Source of the DNA: an uncultured Candidatus Poseidoniales archaeon
GTDB taxonomy: Archaea > Thermoplasmatota > Poseidoniia > Poseidoniales > Thalassarchaeaceae
Direction: 5' to 3'
Assembly (NCBI GenBank): GCA_963934015.1
Contig: CAWVWT010000005.1
Coordinates: 4,692 to 68,691 of the forward strand
DNA length: 64,000 bases
The position numbers and the translations under genes were made by a program. Of this stretch, positions 36,901 to 46,512 are shown piece by piece (within the stretch, counting starts at the first letter, position 1; every line of letters begins with the position of its first letter). Under the pieces are notes generated by a model. That model was not told the origin of the DNA. It worked only from the letters and a program-made list of their open reading frames with translations, and made no database searches.

Positions 36901-39838
36901 CACCATGGTTGTAAAGGTGGAAATCAATCATACCTGCATCGTTCTCTACAGCGTTACCTGTGGAAGGCTCAAGCAAATTCCCTGCTGGCAAGCCACTGAC
37001 ACCAGTATTGGAAAGGGCGGCTGCATACAAGCGCACGCTCGGTGTGTCGTCCCATGTGGGATTGACACGAAAGCGCCAATTGAGTTGCTTACCGCCATCA
37101 TCTGCATCTGCTGCAAGTGATTGCATGAACATGAAATCAATCTTATTCTCGACATCGCTTTCTTCCCAGAAGGTACCGTTAGTTGCATCCCAACGCAATT
37201 CCATATTGCCGGTCTCAGTTTCAAACAGTAGACTGGCACCTCCCAAGGTTTGACCTGTGGAGGCTGCAACATCGTGAGTAGTCACGATCTCAATGATATC
37301 ACCATTGGGATACATTCCTGTAATTCCACCATCATCGTAAGTGGAATCATAACCACTTGTCGTTGAAATAGATAGTGAAGACAAAGAAATTGAACCGCCA
37401 GAACCACCAACAATTCTCATCGGAACCACTACATTGCCTGTGGACCCAGTGCCACTGGCAAGAGCGACGCCTTGATTCATCTCACGTGCGATGTTGTTTG
37501 AATCGCTAATCGCACGATCCCAATCGTAGAGTATATCTAAATCACGAAATGTGATTGATGATCCAGATGTGGAAGTTGGAGCATCGATACCTAGGCGGAA
37601 TAGGCACCACTCATTGCCGTATTCATCAATCCAAGCAACAGGTACCAATGGATTGTCTAACAGACTTTGGACATCAGCTTGAAGCGATACCAAAGGACTT
37701 TGAGGATATGGTACATGGAAATCACCCTCGTAGAGATTGCTACCGATTAAGACTTCTTCATTACCACTAATCAGGGATAAATCAAATTCTCCACCGATGT
37801 TGTTGTTGTCATAATTCAGTTCAGCATAATGAATTGTGGAACCCTTGGGTAGAAGGAATGGTGCACCCTCCCCTTGGAGAGTAATATCCAGTGAAATTGT
37901 GCGCTCCGATGAACCCTCATTCACACCATTGACAATGCCTGTACGGAACATATCTTGGCGGCCGAACCTGCCAAATGCTGGATCTGTCATCCCCCACTCA
38001 ATATCTCCATCGGCAGCCACATCGAGTGTGATACCGCGAGAGTGGTGGGCGAAGCGATATTCGACATGGAAGGAATATACTTCACAGAATGACGTGTAAT
38101 TTGCAAGCACACCAACCGTGAATGTAGGGGCTGCGAGGTCAGTCCACGTATTATTTACCAATTGTGTCATATCTGCATCAGAATTGAGGCTCATGCCCAT
38201 GAGGTAATTGGGGCCACCGCAATTGTCGACAATAACCGGTTTAACCGCAACCACTGGCATTGAGAAATCTGAACGTGCCACGAGTGGAGTGAATGAGTCA
38301 TCGAGGATCGAGGTCGATACCATCAAAGTTGAACCGCCACTAAAGGCAGATGACCACTTGTTCCCATCATAGGACCCCCCATCCCAAAACACACCATCTG
38401 TATTTTTGAAATTCGTTCCAATCATCGTACCCAAATTAAATCCGTGCAATACAGGCGTTGAAAGTCTAGAGGGACCTGAACCAAAAGTGAATTTGAAATC
38501 AATTAGAGGATATGTATCTGCATTAATATCCCACAATTCAATGAGGCTTCCCTGTAGATTCGATAGAGCATTACCGTTTCGGTCAATGACTACATTTCCA
38601 GTTCCAGCATCGAGAACATCGACGCCGAAATCAGCGGAGGAAGATTTGCGCAATTCGAGGTTTAGCAACCCATACCCATCTGGGAAACCTGGTTGTCCTG
38701 AATTTTGAGGGGCGAAGGAACTGAGGGTGACATCACCCTGAGCCGGGAGTGGATCTCCAACACGGACACCGTCAATATACCAACCTGCATTCATCATCTC
38801 GACTGGGAATGCCCCTTGACGTGGATTGACTTCGTGAATGAAGATGAGTTTGATGTATCTGCCCTGATGCTGGCTGAGATCAATTTGGATATCTGACCAA
38901 CCACTAGGGCTGTTTGACGAGGTTGTACCGTTCCCTGCAAGGACGTAATCGCCGGCTACAGGTCCATTCGAACCGAGGAAATCTCCGCACTTCGCAGAAG
39001 GGACTTGGTTTGTGGCTGTGCCCAATTGATACAAACCATCACCTGAAGAGATACCTGTGGTAGATCCAATATCGATTGGTACGAATGTTGGGTTCTGGAA
39101 GTCAACATTGTTTGTAGAATTCTGCACGGCGACATAAGCACAATCATCGTAGTAGTATTGGCTGGTTCCAGCCTCTCGGAAAAACAAAGAATGGAAACTG
39201 CGGAAGGTCAGGTCAGCCTTGCCTGGATGGATAAAGAAAGATGCACTGGTGAGGGTCATTTCGAATTCACCATCGGGCAAGTTAGCTGTATAATCAGGAT
39301 TCTCGAAATCCGTACCCCAACACCAATCACCGACACCACACCCGAGTGAGGGCAAGACATTGGAATCTTGATGCCCATGAGCCCAGTTTGCCACCAGTGG
39401 CTGGATACCTTGTTCAGGACCGGTAGTCCAACCCTCAGTATTCGATTCAAAATCAGCATTGTAACCTTGACTTGTGAGTTGCAAGGATTCTTCTGCCGCA
39501 GAAAAATCACCTATTGAGGAATATTGTGTCATACCACCATTGTAAATTGGGTTCCAAATTTCACCATTGGCAACGAGGGAACTATCGATAGACTGAACTG
39601 CGTTGTGTTCCGCATAATCTGTCCCGACGATGAAACCTGCTGCATTGACCGTTTCACCCGCTGGCATACTGATACCAGCGGTCAAATCATCACCCCAAGT
39701 TCCTTGCTCACGGAGTTCAACATCAACATCGGAATTACCATTGGCAAATGTGCTAATTGTGGCGGCATGGACCAAGGTGGTAGAGAACAACATCAAGGAA
39801 ATCATGGCCAGCGATAGGGTACGCGTTCGGGTTGTCAT
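33953..39838 (-). CDS. giant secreted, membrane-anchored surface protein (1961 aa)
   Basis: Signal peptide MTTRTRTLSLAMISLMLFSTTLVHA. About 1850-aa Asn/Asp/Thr/Gly-rich ectodomain. Single C-terminal TM LYVGIAGVVIVLIIAIVVVLLVL. Pro/Arg-rich cytoplasmic tail (RGPPATRPGERRGPPGASRGPPAA). Confidence 0.8.
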   Translation of the reverse strand: MTTRTRTLSLAMISLMLFSTTLVHAATISTFANGNSDVDVELREQGTWGDDLTAGISMPAGETVNAAGFIVGTDYAEHNAVQSIDSSLVANGEIWNPIYNGGMTQYSSIGDFSAAEESLQLTSQGYNADFESNTEGWTTGPEQGIQPLVANWAHGHQDSNVLPSLGCGVGDWCWGTDFENPDYTANLPDGEFEMTLTSASFFIHPGKADLTFRSFHSLFFREAGTSQYYYDDCAYVAVQNSTNNVDFQNPTFVPIDIGSTTGISSGDGLYQLGTATNQVPSAKCGDFLGSNGPVAGDYVLAGNGTTSSNSPSGWSDIQIDLSQHQGRYIKLIFIHEVNPRQGAFPVEMMNAGWYIDGVRVGDPLPAQGDVTLSSFAPQNSGQPGFPDGYGLLNLELRKSSSADFGVDVLDAGTGNVVIDRNGNALSNLQGSLIELWDINADTYPLIDFKFTFGSGPSRLSTPVLHGFNLGTMIGTNFKNTDGVFWDGGSYDGNKWSSAFSGGSTLMVSTSILDDSFTPLVARSDFSMPVVAVKPVIVDNCGGPNYLMGMSLNSDADMTQLVNNTWTDLAAPTFTVGVLANYTSFCEVYSFHVEYRFAHHSRGITLDVAADGDIEWGMTDPAFGRFGRQDMFRTGIVNGVNEGSSERTISLDITLQGEGAPFLLPKGSTIHYAELNYDNNNIGGEFDLSLISGNEEVLIGSNLYEGDFHVPYPQSPLVSLQADVQSLLDNPLVPVAWIDEYGNEWCLFRLGIDAPTSTSGSSITFRDLDILYDWDRAISDSNNIAREMNQGVALASGTGSTGNVVVPMRIVGGSGGSISLSSLSISTTSGYDSTYDDGGITGMYPNGDIIEIVTTHDVAASTGQTLGGASLLFETETGNMELRWDATNGTFWEESDVENKIDFMFMQSLAADADDGGKQLNWRFRVNPTWDDTPSVRLYAAALSNTGVSGLPAGNLLEPSTGNAVENDAGMIDFHLYNHGGVEQMDLTNAFSSNTITLDFNIRYEDLDVVPNPGSYQVLLEKRNQSELTFEDWLFVDSTPATIDGDYSWQPNLPASEAGNEQYRLLMSNYTDGDTICPPGSFNPDSDCAIRFSITLDPFAPHLMNISVFSVQGDWRDLTDDTWVKASSNQKFRIAAQDLPVAPETLTLNYWIEFSDDCGLDGLCPTDPGYINADTGEKDREAQLNEYTQIGLVRQTLADTSYYLIDHPCECISDYENSGIDPPQMVSLFVSGGDIGGNQIDGGSAGVNEDLVTYIAMESRTPLVEGFHISDSHGAMLNENNRSIYAGNMYHLMVDGKDDNGWQDIEMIRITMNPSICNPSMVQTYDPEGCIEIFYSPQNDTAWTNSTWIEILDDYENTGIKPRMLTREGNVLISPFEQQFTLDVPIRMFWSIPLSYVGGVKTPDVGMKDKDLNNNEVHISAARNPQRWSYASGIELDTTTFSVEDTSGFPTDGVGTQSGGFVYQGDILVIEGRYVFSAGMNDLIFVGPEIPLTLQVTRSPLYPAGLPDSGYSPALVDVNEYEFNNGSFQLIIPAASATNEYSYTMELLGMPEGALDNTPAPSRSFIVKVDGDRPDAVFGSWDLSNSMTGDSIDGSISSSVMGCLDAEIFIDELQGMNVDSVQLNWMFYKTQEVGGFEYNWTEYLNTFEDGPGWESTQLYLESSQGRIRATSTCFDLWDSVQPIPDDMENVIVKFWLTGHDTAGQTINGAGSFGNSVNSGAGTYEIAYESAKFKIDRIDLSVDRPMAETEFDLLIDFTNEGNKEGDFRIQIVTWIDGVASSPEERICPTSVQPGDDYRWRIAMPQFPNAVTNVNYTILDMDNQVIIRTDDFNVAKFDAAEDSGNTGLYVGIAGVVIVLIIAIVVVLLVLNRTVEDDELEYIEDDDFLPAAQPVTPMQSRGPPATRPGERRGPPGASRGPPAAMKSPMDIAKEKFPFWDEATIQNYFDQGWSVEQLEEWLATQE

Positions 39839-39948
39839 GTCATGTCACATCCAATATGAACCACAGAGTGGTTCTACTCTGGCCACTCAAAGCCCGCATA
39901 TAACACCCATCATTCGCTGGTTGGCCCCGTAGGGGCCGTTAACCATGA

Positions 39949-40614
39949 TTACATCGAACCTAGAGGGCGTATTCGAATCGACTTTAGGCACTCTTCAGCC
40001 AAACCGCTGAGCCCCCCTTGTGCTTTCTCATTTTGACGCAAGCGAGGAAGGTCTGCAACCGTTGTAGGACGATCTGGTCCTAAAGCATCACACAACTCCG
40101 GCCCCGCTGCAATATCATAGGTCCCTAATTCTCTAGCCTCATCAATAATATCTTGCTTGTCCAAACCGAGTAGTGGTCGCAACATCCTAAATTCACTCGC
40201 TTCTTCTACAGCACCCAAATTCCCAAGGGTTTGACTACTCACTTGACCGAGATTTTCGCCGGTGAGGATGGCGGATGCACCTACATCTGTAGCAAGGGCA
40301 CTTCCGATGGCATTGAAGAGACGTTTCATATGAACAAAATAGTCACGGTGAGATTCTGGTTCTGTGAACTTCGCCAGTGTCTCACCAACAGTCACAACAC
40401 GGAGATTTGAGTCGATTGAACCGGGTGCTTCTAAATTCTCAATCAGGTACGATAGACTTGCAGCCGTTTTATCCTCAGCTTCGCTACCTGTAATCGGTTC
40501 CTGTGAACAATGAACGGGAACAATATGCCACCCAGAAAGGACCATGCGGGCTACCGCAACTGGTGAATCAATGCCGCCCGAAACTAGAGCGATGCAAGTG
40601 GGTGCACTGGCCAT
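39949..40614 (-). CDS. PP-loop ATP pyrophosphatase, ThiI-like sulfurtransferase domain only
   Basis: The PP-loop ALVSGGIDSPVA sits at the N-terminus. At 221 aa there is no room for a THUMP domain. Confidence 0.65.
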   Translation of the reverse strand: MASAPTCIALVSGGIDSPVAVARMVLSGWHIVPVHCSQEPITGSEAEDKTAASLSYLIENLEAPGSIDSNLRVVTVGETLAKFTEPESHRDYFVHMKRLFNAIGSALATDVGASAILTGENLGQVSSQTLGNLGAVEEASEFRMLRPLLGLDKQDIIDEARELGTYDIAAGPELCDALGPDRPTTVADLPRLRQNEKAQGGLSGLAEECLKSIRIRPLGSM

Positions 40615-40713
40615 GGACCGTCCTGTCGCTTTACCCCCATAATGGGATGGGTTAAGGGAATCGAGGTGACAGCCTCAAGAGGGAGTGGTGCCGCCCAAGG
40701 ATTGGAGATAGAA

Positions 40714-41175
40714 ATGTCGACCCCATATTCGACCGAACCTGTGACCAAAATTGACGAAGTTTTCCCACAGGATACGAATGCGTACAATACACTCTTTGGA
40801 GGACGTTTGATGAGCATCATGGACACTGCTGCAGGGATGGCTTCAAGCAAATTCGCTCATCGTGAATTTGTCACTGTCTCCGTAGATGCGTTGAAGTTTA
40901 AACGACCGGCATACCAAGGTGATTTGATTGAAACAACTGCGCGTGTTGTTCATACTAGCACACACACAGCGGGCGTACATGTCGTAGCAAAACGGTTAGA
41001 TCGAAGTGAATGGGTGACTGAAGAAATTTGTTCTGGATTCTTTTTTATGGTTGCCATCGATTCCCAAATGAAACCAATTCCAATTCCCCAGTTCACACCC
41101 AATGGTGAAAATGAACAGAAGATGTGGGATTTGGCCCAGTCTGCTAGAGATGCCATGAAGGCCGCTGGCCAGTAA
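40714..41175 (+). CDS. acyl-CoA thioesterase (hotdog fold, YciA/ACOT type)
   Basis: FPQDTNAYNTLFGGRLMSIMDTAAGMA. ATG at 40714 preceded by GGAGATAGAA. Confidence 0.8.
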   Translation: MSTPYSTEPVTKIDEVFPQDTNAYNTLFGGRLMSIMDTAAGMASSKFAHREFVTVSVDALKFKRPAYQGDLIETTARVVHTSTHTAGVHVVAKRLDRSEWVTEEICSGFFFMVAIDSQMKPIPIPQFTPNGENEQKMWDLAQSARDAMKAAGQ

Positions 41176-41210
41176 GATTATACTGAACAAAGAATGGACG
41201 GTTGAAGGCT

Positions 41211-42194
41211 ATGCCTGTACTAAATGTCGCATTTATCGGTTCAGAAGAGTTGGCCAGAACATTGGCAAAAAAAGGTGACGTTCGCGACATTGAATCCTAT
41301 GTCTACAAGGAAATTTCTGACGGTGAAACACGTATCCTTTCTTTATTGCGACCACTGCGGCATCCTGAACGCCTTCGCCCCCTACTCAGCGTACTCAATG
41401 TCGCCAAAGCAGGTGTTGTCGAAATCTCAAAAGTGGATGCTGCCCTGGGAGAAGTTCTCGTCGCCTTTGGAGCCGCAAATATCCGTATTGGACACGCGAT
41501 TATTTCACCAGAAGATGGAGGGTGGGTTGATCCTGAGCAGGTCCAAGTAATCCTCAATCAAGCAGGACTAGAGGAATGGACTTTGCATGAGGATATGCCA
41601 GACGAACATACACTTCGCGAATCGCTCCTTTCTAGTCTGCAGACAGGGGATGAAAGTGCACCCCTTGTGATTCCAATCGATCAGCATTTCAATGTCAAAG
41701 GCGTGGGCTTGGTCGCAATCGGTTATGTACAAGCAGGAACCGTTTCCAAACATGATGAAATTCTAGTATTACCGGCTCAAGAAACTGGCATTGCCCGAAG
41801 CCTCCAAGTGATGGATGATGATGTTGAACAGAGTTTCGTGGGAGATCGAGTGGGTGTTGCCCTTCGCAATCTAAGGGAAGATGTACTCCATCGGGGTTGT
41901 ATATTGACACACGTGAACGGGGACGCTTTGGTCCGCCACAACAGTTCAAAATTCACCCTTTCCCGAGCCCCATTTCAGAAGCGTGAACTCTCAGAAGGAG
42001 ATGTTGTTCATGCAGCGGTTGATTTACAATTCCAGGTAGGGCGGATAATAAAGATTCAAGGAGTTGAGATTACGGTTGAATGGGAACAACCCCTTTGGAT
42101 TCAAAAACGTGATACTGCGCCTGTAATGATGGTCCAATTGGATGCTGCAAATATGCGGATAATGGGTGTTGCACAAAGCATCGCCCCCGTGTGA
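41211..42194 (+). CDS. EF-Tu/SelB-like translation-factor paralog with a degenerate P-loop
   Basis: An EF-Tu domain-2-like beta barrel (NVKGVGLVAIGYVQAGTVSKHDEILVLP) follows a G-domain-like region. In that region the G1 motif reads IGSEELART instead of GxxxxGK[ST]. Confidence 0.55.
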   Translation: MPVLNVAFIGSEELARTLAKKGDVRDIESYVYKEISDGETRILSLLRPLRHPERLRPLLSVLNVAKAGVVEISKVDAALGEVLVAFGAANIRIGHAIISPEDGGWVDPEQVQVILNQAGLEEWTLHEDMPDEHTLRESLLSSLQTGDESAPLVIPIDQHFNVKGVGLVAIGYVQAGTVSKHDEILVLPAQETGIARSLQVMDDDVEQSFVGDRVGVALRNLREDVLHRGCILTHVNGDALVRHNSSKFTLSRAPFQKRELSEGDVVHAAVDLQFQVGRIIKIQGVEITVEWEQPLWIQKRDTAPVMMVQLDAANMRIMGVAQSIAPV

Positions 42195-42276
42195 GAGGAA
42201 GACCACTAAACTGTGGGTCTTACGGTGATGATTGCCAATAAACTGTATAAGCAGCAGGTTACGCTGACGTTCTGGG

Positions 42277-44133
42277 ATGCATCAACAGGAGGGACCCTTT
42301 GGGGTTCAGCCTGAGCAGCGTGGGAACGAAATCCTCGCAACGTTCAGGCTGGCCGGAGTAGGCGGAGCGATCAAGGGGGTCTTGAACGAAAAATCGTTAC
42401 TGCTAGAGCGACGTGATGGAAAGGGGCTGCGGGTTGACATCGATACAATTCGTCGTGTCCGCCACCACCACACACCTATGATTCCACAAGGGTTGACCTG
42501 GATCGGGGTCATCACACTCATACTAGCGGCTCGAGTTCTTTCGGGCCCCATTCAGATTTATGCTCTAGTTCTAGGTGCTGTTACAATTTTCACTTGGCTG
42601 ATGGGACGTAAGCCGACACTCTGTATCGATACCAAACAAGGAGATCGACATTTGCTACATGGACCCGATAGTCTCTTGTTGCGAACTCAGATGATGATCA
42701 ATCGTCTCTGCGAAGGTAAAACCATGGAAGAAGCAAGAGAGGGTTTGGATGAGGTGCAAATCAACCCAAACTACCCTTCAATTTCACCGCTAGAGGTGAT
42801 TAAAGTAGATGCGGCGGCCATTCAAACTGAATATATCGAAGAAGCGCAACTTCTTCCGGAAGTTGGAATTTTTGATGAGGCAGATTTGGAGCAAGCTCTC
42901 AAAGCCATGTATCACGGTAACGCTGGAGAGATACCTGCACCAGTGCCTACAGATACACCCTCTACAATCGAATTTTCATCTGCCACTGAATCATTTTCTT
43001 CAGAAAGTTCGGGGGACCATGCCGGTCGTGGTCTACTAGATCGTGCCCGAAGTTCACTACAAGATGTTCGTTCCGAAAGTGATGAATGGCAACATCAGCA
43101 ACAAAAATTGGATAGTTGGTCGAAGCCATGGGAACAACCCGCTACAGACAGTCCAGTGACTCAATCAGCTGTAGATTCCGCTTACGAACGTGCCTGGGGT
43201 CGTGGAGAACCCCGGTGGTACTCCGAAAAGGATGCCATGCCCGAAACACGTATTCAATCCGCACTTACTGAGGCTAAGGAAGAAGGTGGGATGTTTTTCT
43301 CAGGTTCAATGTTTGATGACCCCGCACCTACCCAAACAACTGATTCGGGGATTTTTGGCAATATGTTTGACGAACCTGCATCCACTTCACAACCTATTGT
43401 ACAACCTATTGCACAGCCCCAACAAACTCCAGCATGGTCTGGTCAAGCAATTCGTGATGCAATTCCGACATCTAGCGCTCTAGCCACAACGCTTCCAGAA
43501 CCGACACTACACGCACTCCGTGAAGAATGCACACCTGGTGTAGTAGCTGCGGCTAGAATCGCAACACCTGAGCCTGAACTCCAGCCTCAAAGTGTCAACA
43601 CACATCAACTTGGGGAGTTCCCTGCCCTTGGTGCCTTGCTACGAAATTCACCTAATCGAAGACTGCGAAGTTCAATGCCACCAAAGCAGGGGCGCTTTGC
43701 TCAACTTGCCAAACGTGGATTCAATGCATTGATTCGAACAAATTCAAAAACACCTGCTCAAAAATTGGTTCGACCTGTAAAAATCGAAGGCAATAATTAT
43801 GCGGAAATTTATGGCGACGATGATGGGTTCGAAAATGGTCAATATCGAGAAGTGGCACTCCGCTCGGGACAAATCTTACGTCTTCGAGCGGATCAAGATC
43901 ATCAAGCAGAAGTTGCCGAACGCATACGAACACTTTCCAAATCTTCAGGTGGTGCGATGGCCGATGACGAAACTGATGCACTGATTGAACGTCTCTCTGC
44001 AAGCGGTGACTTAGGACCCATTGCCGGCTTGCTCAAGGCTGCAGATACAAAGCAACTATCATTTGGGAAGCTCGCGAGTACTTCCCCACCAAAGGAAGCA
44101 CCCGGGCATCATGGTATCTCAAGACTTGGATAA
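42277..44133 (+). CDS. hypothetical membrane-associated protein with a long low-complexity region
   Basis: Two TM helices near aa 65-110, then a Ser/Pro/Gln/Glu-rich region. No motif recognised. Confidence 0.5.
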   Translation: MHQQEGPFGVQPEQRGNEILATFRLAGVGGAIKGVLNEKSLLLERRDGKGLRVDIDTIRRVRHHHTPMIPQGLTWIGVITLILAARVLSGPIQIYALVLGAVTIFTWLMGRKPTLCIDTKQGDRHLLHGPDSLLLRTQMMINRLCEGKTMEEAREGLDEVQINPNYPSISPLEVIKVDAAAIQTEYIEEAQLLPEVGIFDEADLEQALKAMYHGNAGEIPAPVPTDTPSTIEFSSATESFSSESSGDHAGRGLLDRARSSLQDVRSESDEWQHQQQKLDSWSKPWEQPATDSPVTQSAVDSAYERAWGRGEPRWYSEKDAMPETRIQSALTEAKEEGGMFFSGSMFDDPAPTQTTDSGIFGNMFDEPASTSQPIVQPIAQPQQTPAWSGQAIRDAIPTSSALATTLPEPTLHALREECTPGVVAAARIATPEPELQPQSVNTHQLGEFPALGALLRNSPNRRLRSSMPPKQGRFAQLAKRGFNALIRTNSKTPAQKLVRPVKIEGNNYAEIYGDDDGFENGQYREVALRSGQILRLRADQDHQAEVAERIRTLSKSSGGAMADDETDALIERLSASGDLGPIAGLLKAADTKQLSFGKLASTSPPKEAPGHHGISRLG

Positions 44134-45108
44134 TCAAATCAAGCCAACCATACGCCTGTAAGCATCTAACCGCGCATGGTATTCGCCTCTGTCCAATCCA
44201 ATGAGTCCATCGGTACCAAAAGCGGAAATTGTGAATGATGCTGTTACCGTTGCATGTACTAAGGCATTGTGTAATTCATCGTATGTTGGATTCAAATTCT
44301 CAGATTCGGATAAAAATGTCAACAATGTCCCAGCAAAGGAGTCTCCACAGCCTGTCGGGTCAACAATCTCTGAGGTTGGGAAAGCGGGAAGTGTGAGCAA
44401 ACCATTATCGGTCAGGGCGACGCTTCCATGTTCGCCCTTTTTGATAATCAGAATAGATGGGCCTGGGCCAGCCTCTAATCCGCCGGATAGAGCATGGCCA
44501 GTACGAATTGATTCCCCTGCTCGAATAAGATTCTCGTCCCTTGCAATCATTCTGACCTCCATGTCATTAAGAATGGCCAAATCAACACGTCGCAATACAT
44601 TTGATAGTTCTTCAAACGCTATGTCAATCCACAGGTTCATTGAATCCAAGGCAATGAATTTTGCCCCCTCACATTGATCGAGGACATGGGACTGAATCGC
44701 AGGGTGGTTATTGGCGAGGAATAAAATTCGAGGAGACCACCAAGAAACCGGAACTTTTGGTTCATAGCCATCCAGCACATTTTGCTGTGTTTCGATAGTG
44801 ATTGCTTGACCCATATCACCTTCGTATCGGCCGTGCCATCGGAATGTCCGACCATCTTCAATGGTTTCTACACCATCGAGATTGAGGCCTGCTTGGCTGA
44901 GTAAATCTACATCTGATTCGCGGAAATCATCGCCTACTGCACAGACGATTCCAACTGGAAGTATCCCACCAGGGTCTACCCTGCGGCTGGCATGAAAAGC
45001 TGCAGCAATACCGGCAAATGTACCAGAACCCCCTAGGGAATTGGTGACATTACCTGCCTCTGTTTCGAGGTCGTCGTATGCGAGGCTGCCTACGATAACG
45101 ATGTCCAT
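44134..45108 (-). CDS. PfkB-family carbohydrate/nucleoside kinase
   Basis: MDIVIVGSLAYDD, GGSGTFAG and DPTGCGDSFAG. The ATG at 45108 lies 4 nt after the accC stop. Confidence 0.8.
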   Translation of the reverse strand: MDIVIVGSLAYDDLETEAGNVTNSLGGSGTFAGIAAAFHASRRVDPGGILPVGIVCAVGDDFRESDVDLLSQAGLNLDGVETIEDGRTFRWHGRYEGDMGQAITIETQQNVLDGYEPKVPVSWWSPRILFLANNHPAIQSHVLDQCEGAKFIALDSMNLWIDIAFEELSNVLRRVDLAILNDMEVRMIARDENLIRAGESIRTGHALSGGLEAGPGPSILIIKKGEHGSVALTDNGLLTLPAFPTSEIVDPTGCGDSFAGTLLTFLSESENLNPTYDELHNALVHATVTASFTISAFGTDGLIGLDRGEYHARLDAYRRMVGLI

Positions 45109-45112
45109 GGTA

Positions 45113-46450
45113 TCACCTGAGCAGGTTGGGATGGTCTTCAAGATATTGAATTGTAACGTCACGCGCAATGAAGTCTGGCTCATCTAGAATGGCTTGGTGT
45201 AGAGGGATGACTGTATCGACTCCAATCAGTGTGGTCTCTTTTAGGGCCGTTTTCATCTTCGCAATCGCTTCTTCACGGTCTTGGCCCCAGACGATGAGTT
45301 TGGCCAATAGTGAATCAAAGCAACCTGGCATTTCGTAACCAATGTGAGCATGTGTGTCCACCCGCACCCCCCGACCCCCTGGGAAATGGCAATCCCACAA
45401 TTTCCCTGGTGAAGGAACGAAGTTCTGAGGGTCCTCGGCATTGATTCTACACTGAATAGCGTGACCAGAGAATTCGATATTCTTTTGTTTGATAGGAAGT
45501 GATTCACCCGCTGCTACACGAATCCCCAATTTGACTAGATCTGTGCCCGTAATCATCTCGGTAATAGTATGTTCAACTTGAACCCGTGGATTGACCTCAA
45601 GAAAGAAAAAATCGCCATGCTTATCACGTAGAAATTCAAATGTCGCCAAGCCACGATAACCGACAGCGCGAGCACCCTCACAAACCTGTGAACCAATTGC
45701 TGTGCGTACTTCATCTGAAAGCCAAGGGCCCTCTTCAAGCAACTTTTGATGGCGTCTTTGAATAGAACAAAAACGCTCGCCGAAGTGAACTGCCTCAACA
45801 CCATCACCGAGGACTTGGAACTCAATATGTTGAGCCCCTTCAATATATTTCTCGACAAAAACTCGATTATCACCAAACGCGGATTGAGCCCTAGATTGAC
45901 ATAGATTTAGAGCAGATTTAAACTCACTTTCTTGATGCACGATTTGCATACCAATACCACCGCCTCCTGCGGCGGCTTTGATTATTACAGGGTATCCAAT
46001 ATTGGCTGCTAATTGACTTGCAACATGTGCATCTTCGATGGCTTCTTCGCTGCCCTTAGCAATGGGGAGGCCAGCCGCTTCCATCGCCTTCCGGGCCTCG
46101 ATTTTGTCACCCAAAAGCGCGATGACTTCAGCACTTGGTCCAATGAAGGTGATACCTTCTTCTTGACAACGATTGACAAAGGCAGAATTTTCTGCGAGAA
46201 ATCCATAACCCGGATGAATCGCTTCAGCCCCCACATCTTTTGCTGCCTGAATAATTGCTTCATAATCAAGATAAGAATCCAAGGGGTTGGAGCGATAAAT
46301 TGGAATTGCATAATCTGAAAAGCGGACTGGGAGGGAAAGTCGATCTTCTCTGCCGTAGACAATACAAACCTCGACACCAAGTTCGCGCAGTGCTCGACTG
46401 ATTCGAAGCGCAATCTCGCCGCGATTCGCAATCAAGACTCGCTTGAACAT
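45113..46450 (-). CDS. accC: biotin carboxylase (acetyl-CoA or pyruvate carboxylase subunit)
   Basis: MFKRVLIANRGEIALRISRA, ATP-grasp GGGGIGM, EVNPRVQVEHTITE. ATG at 46450 preferred; the longest ORF reaches 46477. Confidence 0.9.
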   Translation of the reverse strand: MFKRVLIANRGEIALRISRALRELGVEVCIVYGREDRLSLPVRFSDYAIPIYRSNPLDSYLDYEAIIQAAKDVGAEAIHPGYGFLAENSAFVNRCQEEGITFIGPSAEVIALLGDKIEARKAMEAAGLPIAKGSEEAIEDAHVASQLAANIGYPVIIKAAAGGGGIGMQIVHQESEFKSALNLCQSRAQSAFGDNRVFVEKYIEGAQHIEFQVLGDGVEAVHFGERFCSIQRRHQKLLEEGPWLSDEVRTAIGSQVCEGARAVGYRGLATFEFLRDKHGDFFFLEVNPRVQVEHTITEMITGTDLVKLGIRVAAGESLPIKQKNIEFSGHAIQCRINAEDPQNFVPSPGKLWDCHFPGGRGVRVDTHAHIGYEMPGCFDSLLAKLIVWGQDREEAIAKMKTALKETTLIGVDTVIPLHQAILDEPDFIARDVTIQYLEDHPNLLR

Positions 46451-46512
46451 GGATGTTGCCATTCGCGTCCGGTTCAAAGGCGTGCCGCATCCGCCCTTAG
46501 GAGCGGGTTGTT

